This document shows, in pieces, positions 27,020 through 35,420 of a stretch of DNA of 64,000 nt. The notes under the pieces are model-generated. The model searched no databases. It was not told the origin of the DNA and saw only the letters and a list, made by a program, of their open reading frames with translations. Source of the DNA: Thermovirga sp. Lineage in GTDB: Bacteria; Synergistota; Synergistia; Synergistales; Thermovirgaceae. The stretch covers positions 1,719 through 65,718 of the forward strand of contig NZ_JACDOB010000005.1 in the NCBI RefSeq assembly GCF_017656375.1, written 5' to 3'. The position numbers and the translations under genes are program-made. Each line of letters begins with the position of its first letter. The stretch's first letter is position 1.

Positions 27020-28801
27020 TTAAACAGAAATAAAGCTTTCCGCCATGTTATATATTGTTTCCATTGTTTCCACCAAATTTAATGCCAGGTCCTCCAGCAC
27101 ATGGGCCTGAGGCTCTCTGCAGCTTAAACAGAAAAACACTTTATCGTCAAATACGAGATATCTGCCCCCAAACCCATCCTCCACAACAGGGCCATAACAA
27201 ACCAATTCAAGCCCATCAGTACTGCTGGTGCTGGTAGCAATTACAGAGTGGTTAAGAATCTTCCAAGACCTGGACTCAAACAAGGAAGGGGCTTTTTGTA
27301 TGTCCAGATTGAACATGTCCCTGTGCTCATAAATGCTCTTTAAGCCAAAAAGATGCCTTTCTACTCCCTTCGCGGATTTACACTGAACTATGCGCTTTTT
27401 ATGTGTTTCCTTAGCCTTTAGGAAAGCACCCATTTTTTTGTCAACAGAGGCAGTAGGGTTCAGCATGGTCATGACAAACTCCTTGGACTCAGAAGTGACG
27501 GTCCGTAGGGCCTCAGTTCTACCGTGATAGAAATGGCGCATCATGACAGTCTCATAAGAGTTCACGAATTCCCCAGAAATTTTGTAATGAGCCAACTGAA
27601 GGGCCAACTGGCAAAAAGCATCAGGAGATAGCCCTCTAGAGCGAAGAGATGACCTTCCGATTCCCTCCAGCTCTATCACGCGGAAAAAACTTTTTGCCTT
27701 AGCTGAGGCAAGCCATTTTTTGGCATCTACAAGCTTTTTTCCTAATATATCATTTAAATATAAAATACCTCTTTCCCAAAGCAGGCAATCTTCCTTGCTG
27801 AAGGAAACATATTTTTGCTCTCTAGCCTTAGACACCAAATAGGAACAAAGCCTAACCATAATGGATCCATCAATGCAAGTGTGTTCCATGGTAACACCTA
27901 CCTGGCCGTCCTTAAATACAATAATACTAAAGGATTTGTCGAGCCATCTGTTCTCCCCTGAGCCAACAAGCCCCTCTATGGGAAATTGCTTCAGGCTTCG
28001 GGGTGAGGCATCATCGAAGGACATAACAAAAAGAGACGATTTTATTTTTTCCAATGTCGGCTGATTCAGCTCTACCCTTTCCAAATCCTCCCATATAGCA
28101 GCCCATTCTTCTCTTGGGAGAGCTGTAAAAACTCCTGCTCCCTTTAGGCCTTCTTGAAGCTTTAAATTGTCCAATATATACAAAAGGCCGCTGGCGATCC
28201 GTTCTACAGGCAGGACATTGCCATCTTCATCCAAGATATGGACAAAAGCGATGTTCCCCTCAGACATAATTGTTATATGGGTAGGGAATGGGGCATTTCC
28301 AGCAGCGCAAAAACTTATTATCTCATCAACTTTTTTTCTTGGAATCCGTGTGGTACCGAAAAGTAGTTCATATTGGGACATGCACAGCATTTGGCCGTGA
28401 TCCCAATCAGGGGTAAGCTCTTTCCGTCTTATGAGGTCGTAGAACTTCCCTGCCCAATGGCAAAGGCTAGCGGCTCTCCATATTCTCTCCAACTCACTAC
28501 CTGTCGGAGCCAAAGCAAGCTTATAAAAGACATTATCACTATACAATGGAAGGGAACGCCTTTCGGAAAGATAAGCTTCGATCCAAAAGGGTTCCAACCA
28601 ATTTGCCACATCCTCCCTCTGAGCAAATTTAACAAGCTCTCTTTGGAGCAACAAACCCGAGCTGTTTTCGGCCAGCAGCTCAGCCATACATTTTTTAGCC
28701 TCTTCCAGCACATCTGCGGATACAAAAGGAGCAATCCATGGAATGTACCGTTCCTTAGTCTCCTCAAGAGGTGGTACTGGCAGCTTGGGCATATTTCGCA
28801 T
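27020..28801 (-). CDS. Carnitine/choline O-acyltransferase-family enzyme (eukaryote-type)
   Basis: 593 aa. N-terminal KLPVPPLEETKERY, catalytic RWLDKSFSIIVFKDGQVGVTMEHTCIDGS (His307), YETVMMRHFYHGRTEALR, HLFGLK, ATSTS, GPVVEDGFGGRY. Each has a counterpart in animal CrAT as I remember it. Confidence 0.8.
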   Translation of the reverse strand: MRNMPKLPVPPLEETKERYIPWIAPFVSADVLEEAKKCMAELLAENSSGLLLQRELVKFAQREDVANWLEPFWIEAYLSERRSLPLYSDNVFYKLALAPTGSELERIWRAASLCHWAGKFYDLIRRKELTPDWDHGQMLCMSQYELLFGTTRIPRKKVDEIISFCAAGNAPFPTHITIMSEGNIAFVHILDEDGNVLPVERIASGLLYILDNLKLQEGLKGAGVFTALPREEWAAIWEDLERVELNQPTLEKIKSSLFVMSFDDASPRSLKQFPIEGLVGSGENRWLDKSFSIIVFKDGQVGVTMEHTCIDGSIMVRLCSYLVSKAREQKYVSFSKEDCLLWERGILYLNDILGKKLVDAKKWLASAKAKSFFRVIELEGIGRSSLRSRGLSPDAFCQLALQLAHYKISGEFVNSYETVMMRHFYHGRTEALRTVTSESKEFVMTMLNPTASVDKKMGAFLKAKETHKKRIVQCKSAKGVERHLFGLKSIYEHRDMFNLDIQKAPSLFESRSWKILNHSVIATSTSSTDGLELVCYGPVVEDGFGGRYLVFDDKVFFCLSCREPQAHVLEDLALNLVETMETIYNMAESFISV

Positions 28802-28826
28802 ACACTTGCCTCCTTCTCAGATAAAG

Positions 28827-29219
28827 TTATACAAGGTCAATATATTCATCTGGGGTAACTGAGGCTTCTACAGTTCCTTCCGGGTAAACGTACACGCAAG
28901 CAGTGGCAGAGAAAATTACACAGCACTTTATTCCTGATTTTTTTGCATAATCCATTACTTCTACAATGACCGAGGCATACCCTTCATAGGTAATGCGCTC
29001 TCCTTCATAAGGGCGAGAGCACGCCACCACGAAGCCGTTATCTATGGGATCTAAAGAGGAGGACATGAAATCCACAAATTTCACAAGCCGCAGCAAGGGC
29101 TTTGCGCCCTCTATAACAATATAAGGATATTTCACCCTGCTTACAAGCTCGTACTCTCCCTTTGCGGGATTGCGAACTACTACGTAGGACTTCCCCCCTG
29201 TCGTCATCCTGCTTGCCAT
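28827..29219 (-). CDS. Hypothetical protein, first gene of the acyltransferase operon
   Basis: ATG at 29219 with a GAGGGGGG SD (the track start at 29273 is less likely). 130 aa with no motif I recognise. 25 nt before the acyltransferase start. Confidence 0.5.
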   Translation of the reverse strand: MASRMTTGGKSYVVVRNPAKGEYELVSRVKYPYIVIEGAKPLLRLVKFVDFMSSSLDPIDNGFVVACSRPYEGERITYEGYASVIVEVMDYAKKSGIKCCVIFSATACVYVYPEGTVEASVTPDEYIDLV

Positions 29220-29443
29220 CGAAATCCCCCCTCGGAAGGTTGAGCAAAGCACAACCACATCTCTGGCAACCAATAAAAGCTCTCTTCTTGCTATTTATTA
29301 CTTTACCCAAATAGCGTACTTTTACTAAGGATTTCTGTCAATATTTTTCGTGGCTCTCCATAAATTGATTGTAATGTTTTGACCTTTTTGATAATATCCC
29401 CCGTGTAGTTAAAAATGCTGTAGGCTTAGTTAAGGATACAATA

Positions 29444-30838
29444 GTGTTCTCTGTTTCAGCTGGCTATGATTACTTTACAAACCATATGCTCTGCGCGAGA
29501 GCTGTTAATTGGCAAGACGATGGTGAAAGGGGAGCCTTGGTAAGCATCATGGATCAACATAAAGATAAGAGACTCTTTGTAGAAGAAAACCTTTTTATAT
29601 ATGAGGAAATATTTGAAACCTCCCTAGACGCAATAGCCATTCTAGACAAAAGTTCGAGGGTATCTAAAATTTCCAAAAGCTTTTCAGAAATTTTTGGCTA
29701 CAGCAAGAAAGAAGTCTTAAATAGAGAAATAATCGACTTCATATACGAACAAGATAAGCTGATCGTAGAAAAGGAAACAAAACGCAGACATTCTGGATAC
29801 AAGGGAGATTACGAGATACGCTTTACCCACAAAGATGGATTTCCCATCTGGTGCCGAGTGGCAGCTTCGGGATTTTTCGATAAACAAGGCAATTACTACG
29901 GATGTTTAGCAATGATTTCCGATATTACTGAAAGGAAACAGTTGCAAAAAGAGATTATAATGCAGAAGACTTTTCTTGAAACCATCATACAAAAACTACC
30001 AGAAGCCATTGCCGTCCTAGATAATGAACACAATATAATAACCATAAATGAGGCCTTTACGAAACTATTTGGCTACCAGCTTGAAGAAATCAAGGGGCAA
30101 AACCTGGATGATGTGTTAGACAGAGGAAAAGAAAAAAGCGCTAACCGCGAAAAAACATTGGACGTTCTTTCTGGCAAGGAAGTTACAGATAAAGGATTTA
30201 GATACTCAAAGGACAGAAAACCTCTCTACGTGAACGTAAAAGCCTCGCCTATCATTATTGATGGGGAAATTGTTGGGGCAGTCTCTATCTACATAGATAC
30301 GACATCACAAAAGGAATATGAAGCATACCTAGAAAAAGCATCCCTACATGATTCACTGACTGGACTTTACAATAGGACTTTTTTAAATAGACAATTAATT
30401 ATTTTACAGACAGATGACAATAATTTCCCTGTAACTGTAATCATGGCTGATATGGATGGGTTAAAGGATATAAACGACACTTATGGCCATACAATAGGCG
30501 ACAAGTACCTTAAAAAGTGCGGAGAAATTTTTTCAAGTTGCACACGACGCGGAGACATAGTTGCAAGGATCGGAGGAGATGAATTTTGCATTTTAATTCC
30601 ATCTGCAGATGAAAAATTAGCACAAAAGGTTATAAGGCGCATTACAGAAGCAGTAGAAGCTTGCAATAAAGGCAAAAAACTGCCTGTGCCTCTTTCCATC
30701 TCCCTGGGGTACTCCATTGCTCAAAGCAAAGCCGACCTGCCTGATAAGGCGCTTAACGAAGCGGACTCTTTCATGTACCGCAACAAGGCAATCAAAAAGG
30801 CTGTAAATAAATCCAAAAACGAAAAGCCCCATGCCTAA
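29444..30838 (+). CDS. PAS-PAS-GGDEF diguanylate cyclase
   Basis: Two PAS blocks (IFETSLDAIAILD..., TIIQKLPEAIAVLD...), an intact GGDEF motif (RIGGDEFCIL) and an RxxD I-site (RRGD) 5 aa upstream. Confidence 0.85.
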   Translation: MFSVSAGYDYFTNHMLCARAVNWQDDGERGALVSIMDQHKDKRLFVEENLFIYEEIFETSLDAIAILDKSSRVSKISKSFSEIFGYSKKEVLNREIIDFIYEQDKLIVEKETKRRHSGYKGDYEIRFTHKDGFPIWCRVAASGFFDKQGNYYGCLAMISDITERKQLQKEIIMQKTFLETIIQKLPEAIAVLDNEHNIITINEAFTKLFGYQLEEIKGQNLDDVLDRGKEKSANREKTLDVLSGKEVTDKGFRYSKDRKPLYVNVKASPIIIDGEIVGAVSIYIDTTSQKEYEAYLEKASLHDSLTGLYNRTFLNRQLIILQTDDNNFPVTVIMADMDGLKDINDTYGHTIGDKYLKKCGEIFSSCTRRGDIVARIGGDEFCILIPSADEKLAQKVIRRITEAVEACNKGKKLPVPLSISLGYSIAQSKADLPDKALNEADSFMYRNKAIKKAVNKSKNEKPHA

Positions 30839-30856
30839 AGTATAGGCATGGGGCTT
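30824..30856. terminator. 14-bp perfect hairpin between convergent genes
   Basis: AAAGCCCCATGCCTA pairs with TAGGCATGGGGCTTT (30824-30856). It overlaps the stop codon of the GGDEF gene. Confidence 0.65.
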
Positions 30857-30866
30857 GTAATTAAAG

Positions 30867-31664
30867 CTATCTTTCTTGCCAAACAGGCTTTCTTTTTTGA
30901 AGAAAAGCATTTAGGCCTTCTTTGGCATCTTCTGCAAGCCCTAATGCCGTAAACTTTTCTCCGGCAAGTTCAATAGCTCTTTCCAAAGGAAGGCTTTCCA
31001 TTTGCTGCAAGCCTCGTTTGCCGGTCCTAACCGCCAAGGGGCTTTTTTCAGCAAGTTTACGCCCAAGGCGTAAAGCTTCTTCCAACAAATTATCTTGAGG
31101 GACCACCTTCCATACGAACCCCATCTCATAAGCCTTCTGGGCAGGGATAAACTCCCCTGTCAAAACATACTGAATAGCCCTTTTGGGGCCAATCCACCTG
31201 GACAGTTGGTAACCTGGCTCAAGGCATATCAACCCCACGTTTACGGCAGTTGTGCCAAAGACCGCATTATCTGCTGCCACTATGAAATCACACGCCAAGG
31301 CTAAACCTGTCCCATTAGCCAAAGCATACCCTTGAACCGCTGCAATTACGGGCTTGGCCATTTTAAAAAGGGTAAAGTTGTGTTCGTCCATTAACCTTAA
31401 AAATTCCCTCAAAGTGTGCCTTTCCTGAGCAAGAAACTCCTTGAGGTCAATCCCCGTGGAAAAATGTTTACCTGCAGCGTCCATTACTACTACCCTTACC
31501 TTTTTATCCTTTTCCATGGCCTCTAGCGCCTCGTTGAGTTCTCTTGCCAATTCTACCGTGAAAGTATTCATACTATCAGGCCTGTTCAGGGTAACCCTAC
31601 CTATTCCACCATCAAGCACCGAAACTAGCACACTTTTTGTGTTATCCAAGATGACCACCTCCAT
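30867..31664 (-). CDS. Enoyl-CoA hydratase/isomerase (crotonase) family protein
   Basis: 265 aa. GKHFSTGIDLKE, AAVQGYALANGTGLALACD. Confidence 0.85.
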   Translation of the reverse strand: MEVVILDNTKSVLVSVLDGGIGRVTLNRPDSMNTFTVELARELNEALEAMEKDKKVRVVVMDAAGKHFSTGIDLKEFLAQERHTLREFLRLMDEHNFTLFKMAKPVIAAVQGYALANGTGLALACDFIVAADNAVFGTTAVNVGLICLEPGYQLSRWIGPKRAIQYVLTGEFIPAQKAYEMGFVWKVVPQDNLLEEALRLGRKLAEKSPLAVRTGKRGLQQMESLPLERAIELAGEKFTALGLAEDAKEGLNAFLQKRKPVWQER

Positions 31665-31715
31665 TCTTAAATAAGAATAACGCCTTCCTGGAGAAATTTA
31701 CAAATAGGAGTTCTA

Positions 31716-31744
31716 TTGACACCTTTTTGCAGTTGGTGTAATTT
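31716..31744 (+). promoter_or_regulatory. Sigma-70-type promoter for the IclR regulator gene
   Basis: TTGACA (31716-31721), 17 nt spacer, TAATTT (31739-31744). Confidence 0.45.
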
Positions 31745-31791
31745 TATAGCTGCATATATGGGACAGATTGTCCCGTTTTTGGAGGCCTACA

Positions 31792-32529
31792 ATGCAATAT
31801 CATACTAAGAGAATGGATCATGTAGAAAAAATAACTCGTGTAATGGAAGTGCTCTGCAGGGACAAAGCCACGTACAGCCTTAGGGACTTGGAAAGGTTGA
31901 CGGGTATTCCAAAGAGCACTCTCCATCGCCTTTTGACCTCTCTGGAAAAGCAGGAATGGGTCTATAAAGACGCTTCAACTGGAAGCTTTAGGCCTGGCAT
32001 AAGGTTCTTCCTCTTGAACAACCGGACCTGTTTTTATCAGGAGCTCATAGGGAAAGCCCAAGAACAGATGGAAAACCTCGTAAAACAAACAGGTAAAACA
32101 TGCCTCATGTGTGTTCTTGAGGGAAGCGTTGGGCTTTGCATCCACAGTGTAGAACCTCCTTACCCCGTTAAATACGTTGCCCATAAGGGTATGGCTATTC
32201 CTCTTTATGCAGGAGCTTCTGGAAAGGTTCTTTTGGCTTTCTGCAATGAATCACTGAGGAGAAAAATTCTCACAGAAGGTCTTCCTCCCGAGGTAGACCG
32301 CAAAGAATTATTGGCTCAGCTGGAAGCCATCCGTGAAAAAGGCTACGCTTTCAGCAGGGAAGAGTGGATCCCTCATGCAGGAGATATTAGTGCTCCCATT
32401 TTCGACCGCAAGGGTAATTTTGTGGCCCAAATAGGCGTGGCAGGCCTTGCAACCAGTTTCGAGGGACGTGAGGATGAAATAGCAAAAATGGTAAAAGAGG
32501 CAGCCAAAAATATAGGCTGCTCCATCTAA
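31792..32529 (+). CDS. IclR-family transcriptional regulator
   Basis: N-terminal wHTH (LRDLERLTGIPKSTLHRLLTSL) and a C-terminal IclR effector domain. ATG at 31792 after GGAGG. Confidence 0.85.
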   Translation: MQYHTKRMDHVEKITRVMEVLCRDKATYSLRDLERLTGIPKSTLHRLLTSLEKQEWVYKDASTGSFRPGIRFFLLNNRTCFYQELIGKAQEQMENLVKQTGKTCLMCVLEGSVGLCIHSVEPPYPVKYVAHKGMAIPLYAGASGKVLLAFCNESLRRKILTEGLPPEVDRKELLAQLEAIREKGYAFSREEWIPHAGDISAPIFDRKGNFVAQIGVAGLATSFEGREDEIAKMVKEAAKNIGCSI

Positions 32530-32564
32530 TTAATAACAAAAATAAAGACACGGAGGTAAGTACA

Positions 32565-33482
32565 ATGGCAAAACAGCTAATTGAGTGCGTACCAAATTTT
32601 AGTGAAGGTAGAAGGAAAGATGTCATTGAAGCAATAGTTGAACCTTTCAAAAAACAGAAAGGATGCTACCTCTTCGATTATCGTGCAGACGAAGATCACA
32701 ACAGGTTGGTCGTCAGCTTGGCCGGCGAGCCCCAGCCCATCTGCGACGCGGTACTTGAAGCCTCAAAAATCGCCATGCAGCACATCGACATGAACACCCA
32801 TCAGGGCGCTCACCCAAGAATCGGTGCAATCGACGTAATACCCTTCACTCCTATAAGCAACATAACAATGGAAGAGTGCGTAGAATTGGCCAGAACCTTT
32901 GGAGAACGCTACTACAACGAACTCAAGATTCCCGTATACTATTACGAAGAAGCGGCCATAAGGCCTGATAGGACCCGCCTTGAAGTCATCCGTAAAGGAC
33001 AATATGAGGTGCTAAAAGAAGAAGTAGTAAAGCCAGAACGCCATCCAGACGTAGGAGAGCCAAAACTTCACCCAACTGCAGGAGCGACAGTAATAGGAGC
33101 AAGAAAGTTCCTCATAGCCTTCAACGTAAATCTCAACACAACCGATGTCAGCATCGCCAAGGCCATAGCCAAGAGAGTGAGAGCCTCCGGCGGTGGATTT
33201 ACGGCAGTTAAGGGGATCGGCTTAGCCTTGGAGGATAAAGGGCTCGTTCAGGTAAGCATGAACATAGTAGACTACGACAAGACAGCCATTTACAGGGTCT
33301 TGGAGTTCATCCGCATGGAAGCCGCAAGGTGGGGAGTCACCATAAATGGCACAGAAGTCTACGGCATGATCCCCGCTGCAGCATTAATCCAGAGCGCTGA
33401 ATATTACCTACAAATCGACGACTTTGATCCTTCTCAGGTCTTAGAGTTGAAGCTCCTTGAACTTATGAGAGAGGAAGATTAA
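32565..33482 (+). CDS. Glutamate formimidoyltransferase
   Basis: 305 aa. IECVPNFSEGR, HPRIGAIDVIPF. Confidence 0.85.
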   Translation: MAKQLIECVPNFSEGRRKDVIEAIVEPFKKQKGCYLFDYRADEDHNRLVVSLAGEPQPICDAVLEASKIAMQHIDMNTHQGAHPRIGAIDVIPFTPISNITMEECVELARTFGERYYNELKIPVYYYEEAAIRPDRTRLEVIRKGQYEVLKEEVVKPERHPDVGEPKLHPTAGATVIGARKFLIAFNVNLNTTDVSIAKAIAKRVRASGGGFTAVKGIGLALEDKGLVQVSMNIVDYDKTAIYRVLEFIRMEAARWGVTINGTEVYGMIPAAALIQSAEYYLQIDDFDPSQVLELKLLELMREED

Positions 33483-33484
33483 TT

Positions 33485-34729
33485 ATGCTTACAACCCTGT
33501 TTCGCAACGCTGCCATATACACTCCTGTTGATGAGGGTAAACCCTTGGCAGGCAAGCTCCAGGGACAGGTGAGGTCGTGGGAAAAAGGGGCTCTCCTCTG
33601 TGACAAGGGGGTAATAATGGCGGTAGGCCCTGAGGAAGAAGTCCTCTCAAAAGCCAAGGAACTAGACATCGACATGGAAATAGACTGTCAGGGTGCGTGC
33701 ATGATACCAGGGTTCGTAGATCCTCATACTCATATTTGTTTTGCCGAACGTAGGGAAAAGGAATTTTCCATGCGCCTTGCAGGCGCCTCGTACCTGGACA
33801 TCCTAAAGGCTGGAGGCGGCATACTCTCTTCAGTCCGGGCCGTGAGAAATGCTTCAGAGGAAGAGCTGCTCGCTACAACGTTGGACAACGTCTTGACAGC
33901 GTTGAGCTTTGGTACCACCTCCATGGAGATTAAAAGCGGCTACGGCCTAGACACGGAAACAGAGCTTAAAATGCTCCGGGTAATAGACAGAATAGGGAAA
34001 GAAACTCCTCTGGATGTGGTGCCCACTTTCATGGGCGCTCACGCCATACCTGAAGAATACAAGTCAGACCCTGAAGCTTTCGTTAAGCTACTTATCGAGG
34101 AGATGATTCCAGCGGCAGCTGACCAGAACATTGCTCAATTTTGCGATGTTTTCTGCGAAGAAGGCGTTTTCTCCGTGGAACAGAGCCGAAAAATTCTTTT
34201 GGCTGCCAAAGAACATGGCTTTAAGCTGAGGATACATGCCGACGAAGTCCATGACCTAGGTGGAGCTGGACTCGCTGCAGAGTTGAGGACCACATCTGCA
34301 GAGCATCTTCTGGCAGCTAGCGAAGAAAATCTCAAGGCCATGGCCGAAAGCGGAGTAATAGCTAACCTGCTGCCTGCGACGGCCTACAGCCTGAAAAAAC
34401 CTTACGCAAAGGCAAGGAAGATGATAGAACTGGGTGTCCCCGTGGCTCTCGCCACAGACTGCAATCCTGGTTCAAGTTACACCGAATCGATGCCCTTTGT
34501 CTTCGGCCTCGCTGTAATGAACATGAATCTCACCGTCGAGGAGGCGCTGGTTGCCTCCACGTTGAATGCAGCCTGGTCAATAGGCCTAAATCATAAAGTA
34601 GGAAGCTTGGAAGTAGGAAAACAGGCAGACTTCCTGCTCCTGGACGGTGAAACGCCTGCCATACTGGCATACCACGCTGGAGTCTCTCCGGTAATGGAAG
34701 TTTACAAAAAAGGCATCCACGTAGCCTAG
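33485..34729 (+). CDS. hutI: Imidazolonepropionase
   Basis: 414 aa amidohydrolase. PGFVDPHTHICF, IHADE, ATDCNPGSS. Confidence 0.9.
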   Translation: MLTTLFRNAAIYTPVDEGKPLAGKLQGQVRSWEKGALLCDKGVIMAVGPEEEVLSKAKELDIDMEIDCQGACMIPGFVDPHTHICFAERREKEFSMRLAGASYLDILKAGGGILSSVRAVRNASEEELLATTLDNVLTALSFGTTSMEIKSGYGLDTETELKMLRVIDRIGKETPLDVVPTFMGAHAIPEEYKSDPEAFVKLLIEEMIPAAADQNIAQFCDVFCEEGVFSVEQSRKILLAAKEHGFKLRIHADEVHDLGGAGLAAELRTTSAEHLLAASEENLKAMAESGVIANLLPATAYSLKKPYAKARKMIELGVPVALATDCNPGSSYTESMPFVFGLAVMNMNLTVEEALVASTLNAAWSIGLNHKVGSLEVGKQADFLLLDGETPAILAYHAGVSPVMEVYKKGIHVA

Positions 34730-34751
34730 ATAAAAGACAGGAGGTTATAAA

Positions 34752-35381
34752 ATGAAGCTATCAGAACTTACCATAAAGGCGTTTACAGATGAACTTGCTT
34801 CCTCCTCTCCTGCTCCTGGTGGAGGTAGTGTCGCAGCTTTAGCAGCATCCTTGGGCTCTGCCCTCTCATCCATGGTAGGAAGACTGACTGTCGGTAAGGA
34901 AAAGTACCGCGATAACTGGGAAGCCATGGAAAAGGTAATCGAGACTGGAGATACGTTGAAGGATAGATTCCTCCAGCTGATGGAAGATGACACCGAGGCG
35001 TTCAACGACTTCATGGCCGCTTTGAAGATGCCCAAGGACACTGAAGAACAGAAGGCTGCTCGCACGAAAGCCATGCAGGAAGGGCTCAAAAAAGCCGTCA
35101 AAGTGCCTCTTGAGACGTTGAAAGCCTGCAAGGCAATGGCAGAAATTGCCCTGACTGCCACGCAAAAAGGGAATCCCAATGCCATTACTGATGCAGGCAC
35201 AGCAGTGCTTCTTGCCAAAACTGCAGGGATTGCCGCTGCATATAACGTAAGGATAAACCTTGGAAGCATAAAGGACGAGGCCTTTGTCTCAGAGGTAAGC
35301 CAGGAAGTAAAAGAGACGCTGAAAAGCATCTTTGAGATAGCAGATAAGGCTGGGGAAATAGTGGAACAAGCCCTCGTATAG
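34752..35381 (+). CDS. Formimidoyltetrahydrofolate cyclodeaminase
   Basis: 209 aa. FTDELASSSPAPGGGSVAALAASLGSAL, typical of the cyclodeaminase domain. Confidence 0.85.
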   Translation: MKLSELTIKAFTDELASSSPAPGGGSVAALAASLGSALSSMVGRLTVGKEKYRDNWEAMEKVIETGDTLKDRFLQLMEDDTEAFNDFMAALKMPKDTEEQKAARTKAMQEGLKKAVKVPLETLKACKAMAEIALTATQKGNPNAITDAGTAVLLAKTAGIAAAYNVRINLGSIKDEAFVSEVSQEVKETLKSIFEIADKAGEIVEQALV

Positions 35382-35420
35382 GCGAGGATTTTAGCAAAAA
35401 GCAAAAGGAGGGGATTAGTA

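Noticed and set aside
29038-29310. 90-aa minus-strand ORF with a CQRCGC motif
   Set aside because: It is an out-of-frame overlap with the better-supported 130-aa gene (SD plus ATG at 29219). The Cys pair alone is insufficient evidence.
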